NCBI GenBank assembly: GCA_964016885.1
Contig: OZ024757.1
Location: 9,672,001-9,736,000 of the forward strand
Source: Eledone cirrhosa
Taxonomy: Eukaryota
Length of the DNA stretch: 64,000 nt
Direction: 5' to 3'
Below the pieces are notes generated by a model. It ran no database searches and was not told the origin of the DNA. It saw only the letters and a program-made list of their open reading frames with translations. Below are positions 26,430 to 37,474 of the stretch, in pieces (the stretch's first letter is position 1; each line of letters begins with the position of its first letter). A program made the position numbers and the translations under genes.

Positions 26430-28835
26430 TCTTTGAATGTTACATTAACTACACACAAACATATACATACAGCTGGGAAGCCATATCACTTTGATATATT
26501 TGGTAAATCTTTCTCTAAATGTTGTGGCTTCACTAGACACTAACATATACAGGAGAGGAACTATATCACTGTGATGTCTGTGGTACCTCACTCTCTAAAT
26601 GTTGTGACTTCACTACACACTAACATATACAGGTGAGGAACCATATCACTGTGATGTCTGTGGTACCTCACTCTCTAAATGTTGTGGCATCACTACACAC
26701 TAACATATACAGGAGAGGAACTATATCACTGTGATGTCTGTGGTACCTCACTCTCCATATGTTGTGGCTTCACTAGACACTAACATATACAGGAGAGGAA
26801 CCATATCACTGTGATGTCTGTGGTACCTCACTCTCTAAATTCTGTGGCTTCACTAGACACTAACATATACAGGAGAGGAACCATATCACTGTGATGTCTG
26901 TGGTACCTCACTCTCTAAATATTGTGGCTTCACTAGACACTAACATATACAGGAGAGGAACCATATCACTGTGATGTCTGTGGTACCTCACTCTCTAAAT
27001 TCTGTGGCTTCACTAGACACTAACATATACAGGAGAGGAACCATATCACTGTGATGTCTGTGGTACCTCACTCTCTAAATATTGTGGCTTCACTAGACAC
27101 TAACATATACAGGAGAGGAACCATATCATTGTGATGTCTGTGGTACCTCACTCTCTAAATATTGTGGCTTCACTACACACTAACATATACAGGTGAGGAA
27201 CCATATCACTGTGATGTCTGTGGTACCTCACTCTCTAAATGTTGTGGCTTCACTACACACTAACATATACAGGAGAGGAACTATATCACTGTGATGTCTG
27301 TGGTACCTCACTCTCTAAATGTTGTGGCATCACTACACACTAACATATACAGGAGAGGAACTATATCACTGTGATGTCTGTGGTACCTCACTCTCTAAAT
27401 GTTGTGGCTTCACTACACACTAACATATACAGGTGAGGAACCATATCACTGTGATGTCTGTGGTACCTCACTCTCTAAATGTTATGGCTTTACTACACAC
27501 TAACATATACAGGTGAGGAACCATATCACTGTGATGTCTGTGGTACCTCACTCTCTAAATGTTGTGGCATCACTACACACTAACATATACAGGAGAGGAA
27601 CTATATCACTGTGATATCTGTGGTACCTCACTCTCTAAATGTTGTGGCTTCACTAGACACTAACATATACAGGTGAGGAACCATATCACTGTGGTGTCTG
27701 TGGTACCTCACTCTCTAAATGTTGTGGCTTCACTACACACTAACATATACAGGAGAGGAACCATATCACTGTGGTGTCTGTGGTACCTCACTCTCTAAAT
27801 GTTGTGGCTTCACTACACACTAACATATACAGGAGAGGAACTATATCACTGTGATGTCTGTGGTACCTCACTCTCTAAATGTTGTGGCTTCACTACACAT
27901 TAACATATACAGGAGAGGAACCATATCACTGTGGTGTCTGTGGTACCTCACTCTCTAAATGTTGTGGCTTCACTACACACTAACATATACAGGAGAGGAA
28001 CTATATCACTGTGATATCTGTGGTACCTCACTCTCTAAATGTTGTGGCTTCACTAGACACTAACATATACAGGTGAGGAACCATATCACTGTGATGTCTG
28101 TGGTACCTCACTCTCTAAATTCTGTGGCTTCACTACACACTAACATATACAGGAGAAGAACTATATCACTGTGATGTCTGTGGTACCTCACTCTCTAAAT
28201 TCTGTGGCTTCACTACACACTAACATATACAGGAGAGGACCCATATCACTGTGATGTCTGTGGTACCTCACTCTCTAAATGTTGTGACTTTACTACACAC
28301 TAACATATACAGGTGAGGAACCATATCACTGTGATGTCTGTGGTACCTCACTCTCTAAATGTTGTGGCTTTACTACACACTAACATATACAGGAGAGGAC
28401 CCATATCACTGTGATGTCTGTGGTACCTCACTCTCTAAATGTTGTGGCTTCACTACACACTAACATATACAGGAGAGGACCCATATCACTGTGATGTCTG
28501 TGGTACCTCACTCTCTAAATGTTGTGACTTTACTACACACTAACATATACAGGTGAGGAACCATATCACTGTGATATCTGTGGTACCTCACTCTCTAAAT
28601 GTTGTGGCTTTACTACACACCAACATATACAGGAGAGGAACTATATCACTGTGATGTCTGTGGTACCTCACTCTCTAAATGTTGTGGCTTCACTAGACAC
28701 TAACATATACAAGAGAGGAACCATATCACTATGATGTCTGTGGTACCTCACTCTCTAAATGTTGTGGCTTTACTACACACTAACATATACAGGAGAGGAA
28801 CTATATCACTGTGATGTCTCTGGTACCTCACTCTA
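26430..28835 (+). repeat. 80-bp tandem satellite (~29 units) derived from a C2H2 zinc-finger codon repeat
   Basis: Unit taacatatacaggagaggaaccatatcactgtgatgtctgtggtacctcactctctaaatgttgtggcttcactacacac reads YTGEEPYHCDVCGTSLSKCCGFTTH*; exact 80-nt period from 26541 to 28781. Confidence 0.95.
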
Positions 28836-28989
28836 TAAAATTTGTTTGCCTTTAAGAAACCACTGGTAAATGAAATAATTGCCTTATGTTGTTTATTAAA
28901 TAACTATTAAGCTCTGTTACCTACATAGAGCACTCTTTTTTCCTGGACTTTTCCGACGGAATTACTTCACATATATATATATATATATA

Positions 28990-29395
28990 TAAACGGAAAA
29001 AATGAAACGAAATTTCATTTCTCACTCTTAGTACGGCTGTTACTTAAATATAAGTATGTATACGTACATACATATATGTATACAGACGTACAGTAGTATG
29101 TATATATATATACATACATGCACACATAAATATATGTACATATGGATTCACCAAACATTCATTACAATGCTCGGTGTGTTTGTAAACAAACATCCCGAAT
29201 TAAGCCGTAGTGTCCAGCAACCATCGTTGCTCGTTTGTTCAACACTGACAAAGGAACGCTGTACTAGTTTCAAGCTTGTTAGCTATACCTTCCTGCCGAT
29301 ATGCAAATTGGGCTACTCAGCCGTTAATATGCATAAGGAAATTATATACTTTTGGACGTTCAACCATCTGGTAGGAAGGTATACGTTGCAATTTG
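28990..29395 (-). mobile_element. Diverged, rearranged relative of the 12017-12667 hammerhead element
   Basis: Minus strand agct-aaca-agctt-GAAA-CTAG-TA-cagcgttcctttgtc...gctggacact, and a similar gaaacgaaattt end. Confidence 0.6.
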
Positions 29396-29549
29396 TATAT
29401 AATAGGGGTTAATTTGAAGCAGAAAATGTTGGGGACCACTTAAGACAACAAATCGTCTTTTTTATTTGATAACAATTATTATTATTATCATATATATATA
29501 TATTTTAGTCTTCAAATTTATTATTATTACTATATATATATATATATAT

Positions 29550-29803
29550 AGTACAAATGAGGTCGTGTAGGTGTCACGACAAAAAAACACACCTTCCACG
29601 CTGTAATGTGGCCGTGTAGGTAACACGGTAAAAACCTCCCAGTTCCACACTGTAAATGTGGTTGGTGTTAGGAAGGGTATTCAGCCGTAGAAAACCCGCC
29701 AGACAGTCCTATGTGAGCAAGACAACCACTCTTACCTCAAGTGGGAAAACTCCTGTTCAAACCCATGCAAGCGTGGAATATGGACGTTAAACGATGATGA
29801 TGA
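29550..29803 (+). mobile_element. RTE subfamily A 3' UTR fragment
   Basis: Matches 3940-4160 and ends ggacgttaaacgatgatgatga. Confidence 0.88.
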
Positions 29804-30100
29804 TAGTAATAATAATAATTTTGAAGACTAAAATCCAAAGAGAGCTCGATAAGGATAAATATATATCAAATATATAAGAACGGTAGATCAAATATTTATT
29901 AAAATTTTTTCGAAAGATCCCGTTAAGGGTGAAAGCAGCGATTCTTTGCTTAAACTTTAATCTGTAATTTTAATAAATATATATATATATATATATATGC
30001 AAAGGTTATATTTAATTTGTTGGGATTCAACAAGCTTAAACATTTTCATAACTGATATAAAGCACTCAACACTTAGTGGTGTAACTACACAATATATTAA

Positions 30101-30254
30101 TAAATGGAAACTATATTTATAAAACCATATTTATTTTATTATACATATTTCAAGGGCCACTATGTCTTTTAGAGAAGAAGAGATCCTAAAGAATGTGGCC
30201 CTTGAAATATGTATAATAAAATATATATGGTTTTATAAATATAGTTTCCATTTA
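30101..30254. repeat. Fold-back palindrome (~60-bp arms) in a TA-rich island
   Basis: taaatggaaactatatttataaaaccatat...ttcaagggccac / gtggcccttgaa...atatggttttataaatatagtttccattta. Confidence 0.88.
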
Positions 30255-30261
30255 GTAATAT

Positions 30262-30302
<41 letters not shown>

Positions 30303-30813
30303 ATATACACATATATATGTATATATATGTGTGTGTGTGTACCCCTCATTCCGTTTTCAAAAATACACTCGTTGAACCACGTCATCCCCGTGGCAACACG
30401 TGGTTCAAATGCAACACGTGGTCCAAATCATTCGCAGATTTGCATTTGCTGTGTAAACGCAGATGGTTATCTTCTTCTCCTTTGGTGAACATCCAAGTAT
30501 TTAACTGCTGTGATTTACGGATTAATAAGTGAAATATATTTCTTACTTAAAGAAATATATACAAAGGAGATTAATCATTTTAAGTGGTATCTATATTTGA
30601 AGTTCTAGTTAAACTTTAATTAGTTACCTACCTAGTTATGTGTGCCTACATTCTTTACAAATTATACCCTGTGATTGTTTCATGTATTTATTATATATAT
30701 ATGTCAATCTATTTCTAGTTGATATGTAATGCTCGGATCTAATCTTTGAGCTTATTCTACGGTCGATATGGCGCATGTCTCTCAGACATGACAACCTTTA
30801 ATTTTAATTTTGG

Positions 30814-30854
<41 letters not shown>

Positions 30855-30897
30855 TATATACATATAACATATGTATATATACATATATACATATAAC

Positions 30898-30931
<34 letters not shown>

Positions 30932-30933
<2 letters not shown>

Positions 30934-31046
30934 GAGGTTGGTGTTAGGAAGGGCATCCAGCTGTAGAAATCAAGCCAGAATCAGTTCCTGTCCTACCCCT
31001 GCAAACAGGGAAAAACGGACGTAAAAGGATGATGATGATTATGATG

Positions 31047-31050
<4 letters not shown>
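30932..31050 (+). mobile_element. SINE family 1 3' fragment
   Basis: gaggttggtgttaggaagggcatccagctgtagaaatcaagccagaatc...ggacgtaaaaggatgatg. Confidence 0.8.
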
Positions 31051-31092
<42 letters not shown>

Positions 31093-31096
<4 letters not shown>

Positions 31097-33393
31097 TCAT
31101 CATCATCATCAACGTTTAACGTCCGTGTTCCACGCTTGCATGGGTTTGGACAGGGGTAGTCCCACTTGAGGCAAGAGTGATTGTCTTGCTCGCATAGGAC
31201 TGTCTGGCAGGTTTTCTACAGTTGGATGCCCTTCCTAACACCAACCACATTTACAGTGTGGGTCTGGGAGGTTTTTACCGTGTTGCCTACATGGCCACAT
31301 TACAGCGTGGACTGTGTGTTTTTTGTCGTGACACCTACACGATCTCATTTGTTTCGGCCTGGATGGTGTGGGGGTGGTGGTGGTGGGACGGGGGAGTATT
31401 TTGTTAGAGATGCCTACTGGCTGTAGTAGGTTTTACTATGTATTTAGGTAAGGCGTGTCTTCTCTGTTACTGAGTACCGCCAAAGGTCTCGGTCCAGTGA
31501 CATTGTCTTGGAGAGGTGTAAGTGTGTGAGGTCGGAGTTTATCAGCTCGTCCCAGGTTTTTCTAGGTCTGCCTATTCCGTGGCTACCGTCTATCTTTATT
31601 GCCCTGCACTTTGTTATACAGCTATCGACTTTCATGCGCATCACGTGCCCATACCAACGTAGCCTTCTCTCGAGTAAACAACATCTGATTCCTCTTATTT
31701 CTAATTTTTTCCTTAGTTCGTTTATGCTTTGCCGTTCACGTATATTACTGTTACACATCCAGCGGAGCATGCAAGCTTCGTTCCTCTCTAGTCTGCGTAT
31801 ATCCTCTGCACACAATGCCCAGGTTCACTGCCATGCAACATTGCTGTTCGTATGCAGGCATCGTACAACCTGCCATACATTTTTAGGGAGAACCCTTTAG
31901 CAGCTAATAGTGGTATAAGCTCTCTGAACTTTTTCCAACCAGTTCTGACTCTAGCTACTGTACTTTCAGAGCTCCCTCCCCCACTGCTGATTTTATCACC
32001 CAGGTAACGGAAGCTGTCCACTATTTCTATAGAACTCTCTGCGCAATTGAAAGAGCTAGTATTTTGTGGGCACTTGCTGCTACTTATTGCACCAGAGCAC
32101 CGGCCACATGTAAAATCTATGTTCTTAGTTAGCTTACCTGTGATCCCACTACATCTTTTATGCACCCATACTTTGCATTTAGGACATAAAATGGAGTTTC
32201 TACCTACGCCTTTCCTACACACCGAGCACGACCATTTCCCAGAAGGGACCGCCGCCTTATTTTCTTTCCTACAAACTAGAACTTTAGTCTTAGCCAGGTT
32301 AATTTTAAGTCCTTTTGATTCTAGGCCGTGCTTCCATTATTTGGAATTTCTTCTCTAGCTCGGCCATTTATTCCGCTACGAGTGTCAGGTCGTCTGTGTA
32401 TAGGAGTTCCCATGGGCAGCCGGTCTTGAACTCCTCTGTTATAGCCTGAAGGGCAATAATAAATAGTAGGGGGCTGAGAACAGAGCCCTGATGGACGCCA
32501 ACTTTTACGCTAAACTCTTCACTATATTCCTTGTTAAGTCTAACCTTGCTGACTGTTTCTTTATACATGGCTTGTATAGCTCTCACAAGCCATTCGTCAA
32601 CGCCTAGTTTTCTAAGAGCCCATCAGATAATGGAGCGGGGGACTCTGTCGAAGGCTTTCTCCAAGTCGACAAAAGCTAAGTAGAGGGGTTTACCTTTAGC
32701 TAGGTACTTCTCCTGTAGTTGTCGTACAATGAAAAGAGCGTCTGTGGTACTTTTGCCTGACACAAACCCGAACTGCATTTCATCTAGGTCAATTCTCTCT
32801 CTGATTAGTTGTGCTATTACTTTTTCCGTGACCTTCATGACCTGGTCGATTAATTTAATGCCTCTATAGTTACTCCTATCTAGGGCGTCTCCTTTACCCT
32901 TATAAGAGTTAACGATGATGCTGCTATGCCAGTCCTCCGGAACAACCCCATTCTGTACGACTTGGTTAACTATGCGGGTGACCATGGTGTGTCCCACCGT
33001 GCCAGATGCCTTCAGCATCTCAGCAACTATTTCCGAAGGCCCAGCCGCCTTACCCGTCTTCATATCCTTGATTGCTTTACTTATTATACTCCCCTCGACT
33101 AACACTGCTGGTCCCTCTATTGGGTCGATATGGGGGAGACTGTCTTTCTCCCATTTATTCTCCTCATTTAGTAGCCTTTCATAGTGACACTTCCAAGCTA
33201 CCTTCTTATCAGCGTCGGTGATGGCAAGTATGCCATCATCGTTAAGTACACACTTCTCCCCGACAATATCACGGTTTTCCTTGACGCATTGCCTAGCAAT
33301 CCTGAACACCTCACGTTTTTGGTCCTCGCGTTGTAGAACATGCTTGAACTTTCTTTCCTCAGCTTCCCTTCTTGCTAAGTACACTTGTCTCCT
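31093..33393 (-). mobile_element. 5'-truncated RTE LINE (subfamily A)
   Basis: ORFs 32623-33384, 32368-32586, 31788-32222 and 31444-31815 are RT to C-terminus; (GAT)n tail. Confidence 0.95.
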
Positions 33394-33414
33394 ATGTATA
33401 TATATATATATATA

Positions 33415-33690
33415 AAAAGATGAAATAGAAAATTCAACTGGAGTCTTATTTTTTATAAAAATATATATATTTATTTGGTTCCTTTACCGGTTTCACAGTT
33501 CTTCTGCTTTTCAAAAGTAGAGTTGAGATGGGGGGTCTGTGGTTTTTCTCACATGAGAAAAACCACAGACCCTCCATCTTAACTCTACTTTTGAAAAGCA
33601 GAAGAACTGCGAAACCGGTAAAGGAGCCAAATAAATATATATATATTTTTTTAAATAAGACTCCAGTTGCATTTTCGATTTCATCTTTTT
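33415..33690. mobile_element. Fold-back element (~135-bp arms, 4-nt loop) with a complete minimal hammerhead in each arm
   Basis: Centre ggtttttctc-acat-gagaaaaacc at 33541-33564; arms pair out to aaaaagatgaaat / atttcatcttttt. Confidence 0.8.
33585..33626 (+). ncRNA. Minimal type-I hammerhead ribozyme, U3:A8 core variant
   Basis: CTACTT-TTGAAAA-GCAG-aagaa-CTGC-GAAA-CCGG-TA-AAGGAG; mirror copy on minus strand ~33478-33520. Confidence 0.7.
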
Positions 33691-34665
33691 TTCTTTATAC
33701 TTTCACTCGTGTAGGACACCTCGGTTATTTTTCATTTTGTAAAAAAAAACTCACTTTCTAATATATATATATATATATATATATGTAGGAGGTGAGTTTT
33801 ATTGTAGTACAATAAAGCAATGCAGATATCGGATAAGAAGCACTCTACAGTTTGTAGGACTGTAGTATACATAATATATAAGATATGTTGATTTAAAACT
33901 GCACTATCCACAAGTGTTTTTTAACCTTCATATCATGTCTTCCTATTTTTTCTGATGAAAACACAAATATTATTGCATGATGATGTTTGTTTTTGAAATG
34001 CGCATAATAAAATACATGGAACTCTTTTAACCATCTTTTGATCTTATATATTATATATATATATATAGTTAAAAGAATAGAGGTCTAACACACAAGTTAT
34101 TATATATTGGTAAACGGAATAGAAAATGCTGACAAATTGTTCACAGTTGAAAAATGGTTTAATTAGGAATAAAAGAGTATAATAATTGTATGGGTTAGTA
34201 TTCAGTTGTGGTTTTAAGTTTTTAAGTTTTTACCGGTTGCGCATTTCTAAATGCTTTTCAAAAATAATTTTGAGATAGAGTGTCCGTGCTGTTTATATAG
34301 TAAAGCACTTTACTATTAGGATTATATATATCTATATATGTTGCCTTGGCTGCTATTTCTAGCGCTAAAATTAAAACCGGAAGTGGACAAGATGAAAAGG
34401 TTAGCTAAAGTTCAGTCTCAACTTTTTAAACAATAGATTTTTTTTATGTCAACAAACGGTGAATATTTGGCAAGAAAGATAACTCTTGTCTTACTTAAAG
34501 CCGGAAATTGAGTTAAAAATTTTGCGGGACAGCATGTTTATATAAACCTTCTTATTTGGTCTTGATAACTGGCATTTGACTGCTATTTCTAGCATATATT
34601 AATAGACACTTTAGAAATAGCAGCCAAAAGTCAGCTAACAACACTATAGGAAACACCAGAAAGAA

Positions 34666-34972
34666 GGACTCATGCACACACACACATATATATATAAATG
34701 TACATGAGTGTGTGTGTGTGTATATATATACATGTACACACAAACAGATATATGTGTGTGCGTTTATATATATATATATACACATACACACGCACAAATA
34801 TATTAATATATGTGCGTATATATATATATAATATATGTATGTATGCATGTGTGTGTATATATGTGTATGTGTACGTATTCATACATACATATATATGTGT
34901 ATATATATATATATATATATGCATATATATGTATATATATATATGCATATATATATATGTATATACATATAC

Positions 34973-35019
<47 letters not shown>

Positions 35020-35070
35020 GTATATGTGTGTATATGTATATATATGTATATATATATATACAGTATATGT

Positions 35071-35104
<34 letters not shown>

Positions 35105-35303
35105 ACAGTACATGTCTGTATATATATGTATATGTGTGTGTGAATATTTATATACAACCCCACCCCCACACACACATATATATATATATTAAGTATTTCC
35201 GTCGGAAAGGTACAGGAACAAAGAGTGCTCTATGTAGGCTACAGAGCTTATTACTGTAGCCTACATAGAGCACTCTTTGTTCCTGTACCTTTCTGACGGA
35301 AAT

Positions 35304-35347
<44 letters not shown>

Positions 35348-35739
35348 GGGGGGGGTTGTATATAAATATTCACACACACATATACATATATATACATATA
35401 CTGTATATATATATACATATACATACATATATAGATATATATATATATATGTATATGTATATACATATATATATACATATATATGTATATATATATATAC
35501 ACATATATATGCATGTATGAATACGTACACATACACATATATACACACACATGCATACATACATATATTATATATATATATACGCACATATATTAATATA
35601 TTTGTGCGTGTGTGTGTATATATATATATAGAAACGCACACACAGATCTCTGTGTGTGTGTACATGTATATATATATATATACACACACACACACTCATG
35701 TACATTTATATATATATATGTGTGTGTGTGCATGGGTCC
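34666..35739. repeat. ~1.07-kb inverted duplication (palindrome) with a 9-nt spacer
   Basis: Centre ...tatgtaggctacag-agcttatta-ctgtagcctacata... at 35245-35253; unique landmarks mirror out to ggactcatgcacac / gtgtgcatgggtcc. Confidence 0.9.
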
Positions 35740-35916
35740 AACCAATCTAAACTATAATAAAGGAAGGTCTGCGGGAGTGCGTAAGGTTTATTGTTTTTTA
35801 TCCCGTTAGTAAAATAAGTTGGATTACTTTGAATAAATAATGAATGAATATTATATAATTTATCTACTAAATTTCGTAAAAATAAAGAATTTAAAATTGA
35901 CTTCTTTTCAAAGTTG

Positions 35917-36195
35917 CACTTCCGGTATACCACCACCACTACCATATATATAGAGAGAGTGTGATGTCAACACTTCCGGTATATCATTGCCACCACCACT
36001 TCAACTACCATATATATAGAAAGAGAGAGTGTGATGTCAACACTTCCGGTATATCATTGCCACCACCACTTCAACTACCATATATATAGAAAGAGAGAGT
36101 GTGATGTCAACACTTCTGGTATATCATTGCCACCACCACTTCAACTACCATATATATAGAAATAGAGAGTGTGTGATGTCAACACTTCCGGTGGC
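35917..36195 (-). promoter_or_regulatory. 70-bp tandem repeat (~4 units), each with an ETS-type ACCGGAAGTG motif; putative promoter
   Basis: cacttccggt at 35917, 35971, 36041 and 36183 (cacttctggt at 36111); the paralog has a single copy near 24270. Function is inferred. Confidence 0.45.
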
Positions 36196-36859
36196 AATCA
36201 CTTAAATAAACATACTAATTTTCTCCTAATGCAGTTTATATATAATATCGTCTTTTTTAATGTATCATGGATTACGTTACTGATTACATAAGACAGTGTA
36301 ACACAGTCTTCGTTCAATTTCTGTGTATTATATATTGTCAATTACGATTTTATTTGATGTATCATATCTACATGTATATATATACCTGCATATAATAACA
36401 ATATACACACTACACATGCTAGCAGAAAGTAATAATAATATTAATATATATATATATATCAATGCTTGTGTGGACCTCTCAAAATTCGTTGGATTTTCAC
36501 CCCGAAACTGGATACCAACCCTGAGTACAGCTGAACTGGAAATCTTTTGTATCGTTGAAATTTTCTTTGCTTCATATATATATATTATATATACTTGTCC
36601 GCCATTGCAAGGCGCCATAAATTCAAAATTTTGAAGAGAGAGGAAAGGAGACAAGTGATCTATGAACTTGTACATCTCACTGACCCCCGCCACCACAATA
36701 ACAATAACGTCTACACTCGCTCCCCACCATCACCACAGTACTCATTATTCTATCTAAGGTGGCTGACCTGTTCCCTGTTGACATACTGCTGACTCTTTTG
36801 ATGTATGCATGTGTATATACATATATATATGTGTGTGTATATGTATGGATGCGACCAGA

Positions 36860-37440
36860 TTTCAACACAGCAACAACTACAACAACAGCAGCAGCAACAC
36901 CAACAACAACAACAACAGCAACAACACCATTGTCTGTGTTGAATGTGTGTGTATGTATGTATGTGTATATATGCGACAGCAATAACAGCATCAACACCAT
37001 TGTCTGCAGCAACAGCAGCAGTGAAATGAAGAACAACAACAACAGCGACAACAACTACAATAACAACTACAGCACCAACAACTGCCACCACCATCGCTGA
37101 CCATCCACCACCACCACCACCACCACACTGACACCATCCACCACCGCCATTACCAGCGTAAAGCAAACAATTATTATTATTATTATATACAAGCTGAACT
37201 GGACTGGGAAAGGTCAACAGTTGACATGATATTGATTTTGTATCAGTCCTGCCCATAATATATATATGTGTGTGTTTGTGAGTGGTGTGTGTGATTGTAT
37301 GCATGAATGAGTGTTGGTATGTGAGTGGCGTGTGTGTGGTTGTGGTTTGTATGCATGAGTGTTGGTGTGTGAGTGTTGGTGCATGAGTGTTGGTGTGTGA
37401 GTGAGTGTTGGTGTGTGAGTGTGTGTGTGTGTCGTGTCAA
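36860..37440. repeat. CAA/CAG/CAC triplet and GT-rich low-complexity tract
   Basis: Direct reading. Confidence 0.8.
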
Positions 37441-37474
37441 TAAGTTTTTTTTTTTTTTTTTTTTTTTAATGACC

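Noticed and set aside
26430-28835. CRISPR-like array or coding zinc-finger gene
   Set aside because: Units are contiguous with no unique spacers and the DNA is eukaryotic; the 80-bp period and a stop in every unit preclude a finger protein
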